A stretch of DNA of 57,735 bases from IMG/VR virus record IMGVR_UViG_3300018083_000004, positions 1 to 57,735 of that record, one strand, 5' to 3'. This stretch comes from a virus. Its lineage: Duplodnaviria > Caudoviricetes. A model generated the notes under the pieces. It saw nothing but the letters and a program-made list of their open reading frames with translations, was not told where the DNA came from and ran no database searches. Every line of letters begins with the position of its first letter. Position 1 is the stretch's first letter. This document shows positions 1-7,385 of the stretch, one piece after another. The position numbers and the translations under genes were made by a program.

Positions 1-123
1 CGGACGCGGAGACGATTCACGGCATGCGGGAGAAGGCATGCGCATTCTGGTACGACCACGTAATGGCCAATGACCCACCGCCACCGATCCGACTGGAAGA
101 CGTCATACGCACCCTATTCCGAC
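1..123. repeat. Terminal direct repeat (copy 1), assembly overlap of a circular genome
   Basis: 1-123 is identical to 57613-57735, and an ORF continues in frame across the junction. Confidence 0.97.
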
Positions 124-464
124 GCGAGGTCGACACTATCATCGATGCCGATCCGGAGCTTGAGGGGCTGGTGCAGGAGTTGAAGCTGACCCGGCACGCC
201 GCCAAGAGCTGCAGGGAACGAGACGAGGAGCTGCGTTTTCAGATCGGCGTGCGCGTGCTCGGCGCCGACGTAGTCTCCACTCCCAGCAAAACGCCCAAGC
301 ACGTCGTCTACATTGATGGGCAAACCGCGCTCACCGTCAGCTATCAGAAACAGAACCGCATCGACGCCGACAAGCTGCGCGAGGAGTTTCCTGACGTGGC
401 GGTGGCGGTCACTAAGCAGAACGAGTTTTTCAGCTACAACCTACCGAGAGGAAAGAAAACATGA
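1..464 (+). CDS. YqaJ-like (lambda exonuclease family) protein, C-terminal part; starts at 57045 and wraps around
   Basis: In frame with the ORF starting at 57045; directly upstream of RecT with an ATGA overlap. Confidence 0.88.
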   Translation, partial: DAETIHGMREKACAFWYDHVMANDPPPPIRLEDVIRTLFRREVDTIIDADPELEGLVQELKLTRHAAKSCRERDEELRFQIGVRVLGADVVSTPSKTPKHVVYIDGQTALTVSYQKQNRIDADKLREEFPDVAVAVTKQNEFFSYNLPRGKKT

Positions 465-1318
465 GCCAAGATTTAAAATCCGTGGCCACCGCTGCCCCAG
501 GCGCACCTGCGCGCAAACAGACCTTCCCGCAGATGCTGGAATCATTCAAAGGGGAGATCGTGCGCGCCTTGCCGCAGCATCTGAACGGCGAGCGCATGGC
601 GCGTATCGCTCTCACTGCCTTCCGGCGCACGCCTAAACTGGCTCAGTGTGACCCGCGCAGCGTCTTTGCGGCAGTGATCCAGGCGTCGCAGTTGGGCCTC
701 GAGCCGGACACGCTCGGCCGTTCCTATCTGGTGCCCTACGGCACCGAATGTCAGTTCATTCCTGGCTGGAAAGGACTGATGGATCTCATGAACCGCTCCG
801 GTCAGGGCAGCGCGTGGGCGAAGGCTGTATTCGCTGGTGATGAATTCGACTACGGTCTGGGCGATCGCCCGTTCGTAAAACACAAGCCCTGTGGCGAGAG
901 CAACCCGAACAAGATGCTCTATACCTACGCGGTGGGCTGGGTGAAAGAAGCGGATTGGCCCCATGTGGAGGTGTGGTCGAACGCTCGCGTTATGGCCCAT
1001 CGCGATCGATACAACAAAGTCGGCAAGAAACACTATTCCTACGAGAACTGGGAGATGTACGCGCGCAAGGTCGTGCTGCTGCAAGTGCTTAAGTACATGC
1101 CATGCTCGGCCGAGTTGGCGACGGCAATGGCGCTGAACGATGCAGCAGACCGGGGCAGCCAGGGCATGACCGTGCAGGACGCTATCGAGGGCACATGGAC
1201 GCCGGCGGTGGACGAGGAGACGCCTCAGCAACAGGCGGAGACGAACACCAAGACAGAAGAAAAAGCGGAAGTGAAAACCGAAGCGGCGAAGGTGTCGACG
1301 ACGATGCAAGTGGAGTGA
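461..1318 (+). CDS. recT: RecT-family single-strand annealing recombinase
   Basis: ALPQHL..ERMARIALTAFRRTPKLAQCDP, LGLEPDTLGRSYLVPY, GWKGL and EMYARKVVL motifs; paired with YqaJ. Confidence 0.93.
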   Translation: MSQDLKSVATAAPGAPARKQTFPQMLESFKGEIVRALPQHLNGERMARIALTAFRRTPKLAQCDPRSVFAAVIQASQLGLEPDTLGRSYLVPYGTECQFIPGWKGLMDLMNRSGQGSAWAKAVFAGDEFDYGLGDRPFVKHKPCGESNPNKMLYTYAVGWVKEADWPHVEVWSNARVMAHRDRYNKVGKKHYSYENWEMYARKVVLLQVLKYMPCSAELATAMALNDAADRGSQGMTVQDAIEGTWTPAVDEETPQQQAETNTKTEEKAEVKTEAAKVSTTMQVE

Positions 1319-1322
1319 AACC

Positions 1323-1493
1323 GTGGACAAAGTTATCGATCTGGGGACGCAGGAAACCGTCACCGATCTGCAATCGATCGAACGTGTAGCGGATTCTATC
1401 GACAGGCAAGTCAGGCGTTTGCTTGGATTGCCTGACGGCGCTCTGCTGGAAGTAATCAACGCAAAGGTGGAGATAACACGTAATGAGCATTGA
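1323..1493 (+). CDS. Small hypothetical protein (56 aa, GTG start)
   Basis: Hand-translated MDKVIDLGTQETVTDLQ...RNEH; fills the gap after recT. Confidence 0.45.
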   Translation: MDKVIDLGTQETVTDLQSIERVADSIDRQVRRLLGLPDGALLEVINAKVEITRNEH

Positions 1494-1580
1494 TAGCTGC
1501 CCGATCTGCGGCTGTGGTCGGTTCGGCCGGTTTCGCAGGGCATGGTGGAAGACTGGCATACCGACGCTACTGAGAAAAAT

Positions 1581-3380
1581 ATGAAACTCAACCGCCTGAA
1601 GATCACCAACTTCCTGCGCATCAAGCAGATCGATGTGCAGCTGAGAACGCCGGTGATCGGGCTGTTCGGTGACAATGAAGCGGGCAAGAGCAGCGTTGCA
1701 GATGGCGTAAGGTTGGCAATGCTCGGCGATCTTGGGCGCATCAACTTGAAAAAGGACGCCGCGCAACTGATCCGCGACGGCGCCAAGGGTGCCAGCGTGG
1801 AGTTGCACAGCGACGCCGGCCTATTCGCGGCCACCATCGGCACCTCGATCAAGACGACTGGCGCATGGGCGCAGGGCGCGGCGATCGATGCGGCGTTTGT
1901 CGAAGCCGTGCTCTCACCGCACCGCTTCGCCGCCATGGCCGACGACGAGCGGCGTGCGTTTCTATTCAAGCTCACTGGCCGCCCAGTCACCCGCGAGGAG
2001 ATCGCCGAGCGCCTGAAGGCCCACGATTGCGACGACGCCAAGACGCGCGTCATCTTGTTGCTGACGTTTCGCGAGGGGTTCCCTGCGGCTGAACGCGAGG
2101 CGCAGCGTTATGCCACGGAGTCCAGGGGCGCTTTCAAGCAAGTCACCGGCGACATCTGGGGTTCCAGGCAGTCGGCCGACTGGCGCGCGCCGGTACCGCC
2201 AGTGGTGCCGGGTGAACGGGTTGATTTGGATCAAGTGCAGGCGGCCGAGCTCAAGGTGGCCGAGCTGAACCAGGCCATCGGCGCGGCCCGTGAGAAGATC
2301 GACACGCACCGGGCCAACCTAGCTCTCATGAACGTGTTACGACAGCAGGCCAGACAACACGCTCGAGCGAGCGAGGCGCGCAATGCGGCAGAGCAGCAAT
2401 TGAAAGAACACCAGGCCAAGGTCGAACGCGCTCGCGGGATCGCCGCCGCCTACGAGGAAGCCTCGCGCCTATACCGGGCCGGGGTCCGGCCGGTGGTCAC
2501 CACGTATCCGTGTCCGGAGTGCGGCGTCGTGCTTGAATTGATCGACGCCAAGCTGGTGCCGCACGTCGAGGACCACAACGAGGAGCTGGACATCGCCCCG
2601 GAGCCGCCGCCGGAATATATCGATCTGCCGGCGCTCGAACGCGGGCTGAAGGTGCTGGAGAGCGCGGCCAAGGACCGGCAGCGTCAAGTCGACGACACGG
2701 ATGCCGCGGCGCGGCGGTTGGCTGAGATGGAAGCGGCCGAGCAACCCGACCCGATGGATCTGCCGGACCTGCAGAGCCGGCTCGCCGAAGCCATGGACTA
2801 CGCCAAGGCCGCGCGGGCGCAGCTGAACGCGCAGGACAATCGACAACAGGCACTCGATCAGGCCGAGCAGACTACCGCGAAGGCCGCCCGGGCGCACCAG
2901 GACGTGCTGCAGTGGGTGCGCCTAGCCGCCTGTCTGGGACCATCAGGCGTGCCGGGAGAATTGCTCAGCGAGACGCTGGCGCCGTTCAACGCCCGCTTGC
3001 GCCATACGTCTGGCCTGGCCGGCTGGCGGCAGCCTCTGGTGGCGGACGACATGCGGATTCTGATCGACGGGCGATCGTATGGCTTACTCAGCCGCTCAGC
3101 CAGGTTTAGAGCCGACGTCCTGCTGGCCGAGGCAATAACTCACTTGTCCGGCTTCCGCTTCCTGCTACTCGACGAGATCGACATCTGCGACATCCCGAAC
3201 CGCGTGCGGCTGATCGCGTTGCTCGATGCGCTGGCGGGAGCCGGCGAGATCGACACGGCCATCATGCTGGGAACGCTGAAAGCGTTGCCGAAGGGCCTGC
3301 CGGAGACGATGGAGGCGCATTGGTTGGAGGACGGGGCGCTGAAGCTGGACGAACAGAAGATGGCGGAGGTGGCGACATGA
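1581..3380 (+). CDS. SbcC/Rad50-like ABC ATPase with coiled coil and zinc hook
   Basis: MKLNRLKITNF start, Walker A GDNEAGKSS, central CPECG within a long coiled coil, degenerate signature LSRS, Walker B LLLDE. Confidence 0.85.
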   Translation: MKLNRLKITNFLRIKQIDVQLRTPVIGLFGDNEAGKSSVADGVRLAMLGDLGRINLKKDAAQLIRDGAKGASVELHSDAGLFAATIGTSIKTTGAWAQGAAIDAAFVEAVLSPHRFAAMADDERRAFLFKLTGRPVTREEIAERLKAHDCDDAKTRVILLLTFREGFPAAEREAQRYATESRGAFKQVTGDIWGSRQSADWRAPVPPVVPGERVDLDQVQAAELKVAELNQAIGAAREKIDTHRANLALMNVLRQQARQHARASEARNAAEQQLKEHQAKVERARGIAAAYEEASRLYRAGVRPVVTTYPCPECGVVLELIDAKLVPHVEDHNEELDIAPEPPPEYIDLPALERGLKVLESAAKDRQRQVDDTDAAARRLAEMEAAEQPDPMDLPDLQSRLAEAMDYAKAARAQLNAQDNRQQALDQAEQTTAKAARAHQDVLQWVRLAACLGPSGVPGELLSETLAPFNARLRHTSGLAGWRQPLVADDMRILIDGRSYGLLSRSARFRADVLLAEAITHLSGFRFLLLDEIDICDIPNRVRLIALLDALAGAGEIDTAIMLGTLKALPKGLPETMEAHWLEDGALKLDEQKMAEVAT

Positions 3381-3682
3381 AGCAACGCGAAATCGCTCGG
3401 CAGATTTGGAGGAAGGGCAAGCCGGTGCCGGACGGCATTGTATTGATCGAGATTGCATTGAAGCGAGGGCGCTGTCGCTGGTGTCGCTGCACGGATTCTC
3501 GTGCCTGCGAACAGGGCTGCAGCTGGTCCGATAAAGCGCATACGCTGTGCAGCTCGTGCACGTCATTCGATCGTCTAATGCGCTCTGCAACAGGACGCCG
3601 CCGGCTGGCGCAGATCATTTCAGCGCGTCGAGCTCGCCGGCCAATCAATGGGACTTCGCCCGCGCTCTCAGGCGCCCAGTGA
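3377..3682 (+). CDS. Cys-rich hypothetical protein
   Basis: ATGA overlap with the ATPase; CRWCRCTDSRAC..GCSW...LCSSC. Confidence 0.6.
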   Translation: MKQREIARQIWRKGKPVPDGIVLIEIALKRGRCRWCRCTDSRACEQGCSWSDKAHTLCSSCTSFDRLMRSATGRRRLAQIISARRARRPINGTSPALSGAQ

Positions 3683-3776
3683 GAGCAACACTAAACCGCC
3701 GGGCAAACGTGTGTGAAAGAGTCGGAACGCGACAGGCGGGTTGGAGTCCCACCCATTTTTATGGAGAGAGCAGGCG

Positions 3777-3959
3777 ATGCCGACTGACTACAGCGTGCCG
3801 ATGGTACAGCTGCGCAACGACATCGACCCGCTATCCAGGGCACTCCAGGAAGGGCGGCGCGAGGACGCGATCGAGATATCTCAACGCATGCGCCGGTGCG
3901 TGTTCGAGGTGATCGCGTGGGCGGATAGGATGATAGAGCAGGCGAGCGATGACCGATGA
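3777..3959 (+). CDS. Hypothetical protein
   Basis: GGAGAG RBS then ATG at 3777; operon packing. Confidence 0.5.
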   Translation: MPTDYSVPMVQLRNDIDPLSRALQEGRREDAIEISQRMRRCVFEVIAWADRMIEQASDDR

Positions 3960-4176
3960 AAAGATGAAAGAGATTGCGCGAAAGCACTGCCAAGCCGAGA
4001 TTAGCTCGGTATCAGAGCTTACCGTCATCGCCGCCATCGCCGAAGCCGTGGCGCTGGAGAACGAAAGATGCGTGAAGGCTATACAGAAGTTAGCCGGACC
4101 GGTGCGATTGGGAAGCACCTGGCCTACTGCGGAGATGTGTATTGAAGCCATCCGCCAATTCGATAAGGAGGGGTGA
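3949..4176 (+). CDS. Hypothetical protein
   Basis: Overlaps the upstream gene; phage-typical ENERCVKAI...CIEAIR motif. Confidence 0.55.
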   Translation: MTDEKMKEIARKHCQAEISSVSELTVIAAIAEAVALENERCVKAIQKLAGPVRLGSTWPTAEMCIEAIRQFDKEG

Positions 4177-4395
4177 TTGATCGCGCAGCTCGGCATCGCC
4201 TTCTTCAGCTGCAGCGCCATCTGGCTGGTCGCGAGAAAGGAACAGAGCTGGCGCCTGTTGGGGTATCTGCTCGGGCTGATGGGCCAGCCGTTCTGGGTGT
4301 ACGCCACGATCGACAATCACCAGTGGGGCATGCTGGCCGTATCCGTCTGGTGCACCTATGCATGGTGCATGGGTATCAGGAACCATTGGAATTGA
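4177..4395 (+). CDS. Small membrane protein (about 3 TM)
   Basis: AAGGAGG RBS; hydrophobic GYLLGLMGQPFWVY..QWGML segments. Confidence 0.65.
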   Translation: MIAQLGIAFFSCSAIWLVARKEQSWRLLGYLLGLMGQPFWVYATIDNHQWGMLAVSVWCTYAWCMGIRNHWN

Positions 4396-4841
4396 CCGGA
4401 AGCGGCTATAATGAGACACTGACGCTCCATCAGGCAGCGGCGTATCTGCATATGCATCCGGAGACGCTGCGCGAACGCGCTGCCGCTAACATCGTGAAGG
4501 GGGCGAAGCCGGGAAGATCCTGGGTGTTCAGGCTAGAAGACCTGAACGCGTATCTCATTTCGCTGCAAGGGCCACGGGAGCCAGCGTGTCGCTCTATCGC
4601 GTCGGTGTCATCTGGTACGTCGATATCGGGATACGCGGACTGCCCCGACTTCGGGAATCAACTGGAACTCATGATCGGGGCGCGGCGCAGCAATACCACG
4701 ACCAAAGACGCGCGCAACTCTGGCGGCAGGCGAGGCTCGGCGAAAGTCCTGCCGTTCAAGCCACCTTCCGAGCCGCCGCCAAGCTCTGGACCGACGACCG
4801 GCCGCGGCAGAGGGAAGACCTCTACCGCCTCCGGTGGCTGA
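4392..4841 (+). CDS. xis: Excisionase-like HTH protein with a C-terminal tail overlapping int
   Basis: LTLHQAAAYLHMHPETLRERA...GAKPGRSWVFRLEDL winged HTH; TTGA start/stop overlap; immediately upstream of the integrase. Confidence 0.75.
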   Translation: MTGSGYNETLTLHQAAAYLHMHPETLRERAAANIVKGAKPGRSWVFRLEDLNAYLISLQGPREPACRSIASVSSGTSISGYADCPDFGNQLELMIGARRSNTTTKDARNSGGRRGSAKVLPFKPPSEPPPSSGPTTGRGRGKTSTASGG

Positions 4842-5569
4842 TACAGCAGTTCGGCGATCGCCAGCTGGTGGAACTCACCGTCGACTATCTGGAGACGGTG
4901 CTGCAGGCCAAGAACAACACCCCTGGTTCCTACAATCGCTACGTCACCCTCATCCTGGCAATTCTGCGCCGGGCCCAGCGTCGAGACTGGCTGGCAACGC
5001 TGCCGGATTTGCGACGTCGCCAGGAGCCGCGGGGGCGCATCCGGTGGTTGACGCACGACGAATGGCAGCGCTTGCGCAGGCACCTGCCGCCCTATCTCGA
5101 GCAGATGGCGTGTTTTGCCCTGGCCACCGGGTTGCGAGAAAATAACGTGCTCAATCTGGAATGGGCAGAGGTGGACATGGATCGACGCGTGACGTGGATC
5201 CACGCTGACGAGGCGAAGGCGGGGGACGCGATCGGGGTGCCGCTGAACGACGACGCGATTGAAGTGCTACGTGAGAGAGAGGGACAGGACGCGACTTGGG
5301 TGTTTGCCCTGGACGGCGTGCCGATCTATAAGGCGAGCAATCGGCAGTGGTATCGGGCACTCAAGGCGGCGGGCCTGGAGGGGTTCAGGTGGCACGATTT
5401 GCGGCACACGTGGGCGAGCTGGCACGTGGCCGCAGGAACGCCCCTGGAGGTGCTGCAGAAGCTCGGGGGATGGAAGACGCTTAGCATGGTGATGCGCTAC
5501 GCACACCTGGCGCCTGGGCACCTGGCACAGTACGCGGGGAATGCGATGCAGAGGAGGCGAAGGGCGTGA
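4586..5569 (+). CDS. int: Tyrosine integrase
   Basis: Catalytic motifs TGLR, HDLRHTWASW, LGGW, MRYAHL; adjacent to a tRNA-type att site. Confidence 0.96.
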   Translation: MSLYRVGVIWYVDIGIRGLPRLRESTGTHDRGAAQQYHDQRRAQLWRQARLGESPAVQATFRAAAKLWTDDRPRQREDLYRLRWLIQQFGDRQLVELTVDYLETVLQAKNNTPGSYNRYVTLILAILRRAQRRDWLATLPDLRRRQEPRGRIRWLTHDEWQRLRRHLPPYLEQMACFALATGLRENNVLNLEWAEVDMDRRVTWIHADEAKAGDAIGVPLNDDAIEVLREREGQDATWVFALDGVPIYKASNRQWYRALKAAGLEGFRWHDLRHTWASWHVAAGTPLEVLQKLGGWKTLSMVMRYAHLAPGHLAQYAGNAMQRRRRA

Positions 5570-5572
5570 AGT

Positions 5573-5768
5573 TACGTCACAGCCTACGCCATATGATTTT
5601 TCGGGAATAACGCTAAGTCATTGATTGGGCGGTTAGTTCAGTGGTAGAGAACTGTCCTCACACGGCAGGGGTCACTGGTTCGAGCCCAGTACCGCCCACC
5701 AACAAAACCAGGCACTTGCAGGCACAAACAGGGGCAAAAAAGGCCAGTCACGTCACAATTACGGCATA
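5573..5768. mobile_element. attP region: tRNA-derived core flanked by paired arm-type sites and IHF sites
   Basis: Arm-like 9-mers TACGTCACA/TACGCCATA (5573-5593) and CACGTCACA/TACGGCATA (5749-5768); exact IHF consensus AATCAATGACTTA on the minus strand at 5614-5626. Confidence 0.8.
5627..5701 (+). tRNA. tRNA-Val(CAC), or a tRNA-like attP copy with a weakened D-stem
   Basis: Acceptor stem GGGCGGT/ACCGCCC+ACCA, anticodon stem CTGTC/GGCAG with loop CT-CAC-AC, T-arm ACTGG-TTCGAGC-CCAGT; D-stem GTTC/GAGA is imperfect. Confidence 0.85.
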
Positions 5769-5795
5769 GGGAAAGCACGGGAGAGAAGAGAGAGG

Positions 5796-5984
5796 CTATT
5801 CCTTGGTGAATTCCACAGTGTAGGTGGCCCCGAGCACGAACTGATCGGCGACGTCGGCCTGCGTGGTCGATAGTTGGATCTCGCCCGGTCCCTGCGTCGG
5901 CTTGAGCACAACGGTCTGCGTCTCCGCTGCCGGCGCTTTCACTTCTCGGATCACTCGATCGACTATGAAACGCGTGCGTATCAT
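5796..5984 (-). CDS. Hypothetical protein, last gene of the late operon
   Basis: GAGG RBS; ordinary 62-aa beta-rich ORF. Confidence 0.6.
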   Translation of the reverse strand: MIRTRFIVDRVIREVKAPAAETQTVVLKPTQGPGEIQLSTTQADVADQFVLGATYTVEFTKE

Positions 5985-5997
5985 GGTGCCCTCAACA

Positions 5998-6339
5998 CTA
6001 AGGTTCCTGCGCCGCCGGCGCCGCCCAGCGCCGGATCGACTCGACGGAGAGCGGCTCGTTCATCAGCTTCTTGGCCCACTCCGGGCTGGGGATGAAGAAC
6101 CTGGCGCCGCTCTTGGGCGGCAGCGACTGGAAATGCACCCAGGTCTGCGTCGCCCGCGGGTCCTCGCACCAGAGCGCGCACTCGCGCAGCGCTTTCCCGT
6201 TGAGAAAGCACCAGATCGCGAGCTCGCGCGAAATGTCGCCGATGTCAATCGCCTGCGCGTCGATATCGGCAGCCTGCGCCGGATTATTTAGCGGTCGCGG
6301 TTGAGCAGTCCCATGATTGTCCACTCGTTTCAGTGCCAC
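5998..6339 (-). CDS. Peptidase M15-like endolysin, truncated or aberrant
   Basis: QAIDIGD...LAIWC..N...L...LWCEDP..T..WVHFQ..PP.SG.RFF.P resembles the C-terminal half of phage M15 peptidases; N-terminal part missing and HxxxxxxD motif interrupted. Confidence 0.6.
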   Translation of the reverse strand: MALKRVDNHGTAQPRPLNNPAQAADIDAQAIDIGDISRELAIWCFLNGKALRECALWCEDPRATQTWVHFQSLPPKSGARFFIPSPEWAKKLMNEPLSVESIRRWAAPAAQEP

Positions 6340-6344
6340 GGCCC

Positions 6345-6758
6345 TTAGTCCTTCCCGCTTCCACTCGGCTTTGGAAATCGCCTGTCATGGGTCAGAAGAT
6401 CGATCTTCAGATCCGAGATCCCTTTCCTGATCGCCATTCGATCCGCCAGGCTCTCGGCATCGATCGCCGCCCGCTCGTTCAATTGCCTCTGCACGTCTTG
6501 TAACAAGAGCGTCTGTTCCGATCTCACGCGATCAATTTCCAATTTCATCTGCGAATGCTCGGCGTTGATCTTCGCGTCGACGAGCGTTACGTGACCCGTT
6601 ATTCGCTCCTCCAAGCGTTGTGTCAGGATGTACCCGCCAAAGAACACCACAACCGTGATTTCGACCAACAACGGGATGGCGTAGGACTTGAGAACGGCAA
6701 AGACCGTCTCCTTGTCGGCTCCGCCCACAGCCATCGCTGCCAACCATTCGGGAGTCAT
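6345..6758 (-). CDS. Single-TM plus coiled-coil protein (holin/antiholin-like)
   Basis: TM segment YAIPLLVEITVVVFFGGYIL followed by a coiled coil; directly upstream of the putative endolysin. Confidence 0.5.
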   Translation of the reverse strand: MTPEWLAAMAVGGADKETVFAVLKSYAIPLLVEITVVVFFGGYILTQRLEERITGHVTLVDAKINAEHSQMKLEIDRVRSEQTLLLQDVQRQLNERAAIDAESLADRMAIRKGISDLKIDLLTHDRRFPKPSGSGKD

Positions 6759-7363
6759 ACATCCGCCTGTTCCCTGATTACGTTGACGGTGTCACAGGCG
6801 ATTTGAGCGTGCTTTCCGGTCCCGATCACGATCCCAGTACCGGCCGCAGTCTTTACCGTTAGAGTAAAAGCGCCAGTGGTGTTGTTAAAGACCATCCAGC
6901 CGCGTTCCTTCGTCGGAACAATGACGGCGAGGTTGCCGGTTATCACCCCGTTGAACTGGAGCTTGCGATTGCGGCATTCGGCCGCAGTAAGCGTCACGTT
7001 TTGATTGCCGGCGACAGACTTCTGCAGGCGCCCGGACATGAAACTTTCGCAGTAAAGCATAGCCCGCTTGAATAGTGAGGCCGTCTCCACATCGCCCTGC
7101 TCGATGTATGGAATACCCATATTCGGAGTGAAACTGTTTGTGATGACGTATGCGTTGCCGCTGCCGCTGGTGCCGCCATAGTTGGCGCTCAACGCAAGGC
7201 TGGTATTGCTAGGGGCATCGGCGGCCACCTCATACCAGACGTTACTGCCCAGTATGGTAAAGATGTCGCCAGCATGGACTACGCCCTGCCAGACGGTACC
7301 CGTGCCCACCACTGCGGTGTTCCCGTTGGTCACTTGCACGGTGCCTGTCTGATATTGGCTCAC
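6755..7363 (-). CDS. Tail fibre/adaptor-like protein
   Basis: YQTGTVQVTNGNTAVVGTGTVW N-terminus typical of side-fibre genes; follows gpJ. Confidence 0.65.
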   Translation of the reverse strand: MSQYQTGTVQVTNGNTAVVGTGTVWQGVVHAGDIFTILGSNVWYEVAADAPSNTSLALSANYGGTSGSGNAYVITNSFTPNMGIPYIEQGDVETASLFKRAMLYCESFMSGRLQKSVAGNQNVTLTAAECRNRKLQFNGVITGNLAVIVPTKERGWMVFNNTTGAFTLTVKTAAGTGIVIGTGKHAQIACDTVNVIREQADV

Positions 7364-7385
7364 GCTTCCATCTCCTTATATTCGA

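Noticed and set aside
542-2053. 503-aa minus-strand ORF and other long antisense ORFs (e.g. 36235-37275)
   Set aside because: Shadow frames of well-supported genes in GC-rich DNA, with no recognisable motifs.
3694-3760. c-di-GMP-I riboswitch-like text (GGGCAAAC...GAAAGAGT..GG.ACGC)
   Set aside because: The stem around GAAA does not pair (GTGTGT vs GAGTCG) and no P3 is visible. It is more likely a hairpin or weak terminator; an Infernal/Rfam search would settle it.
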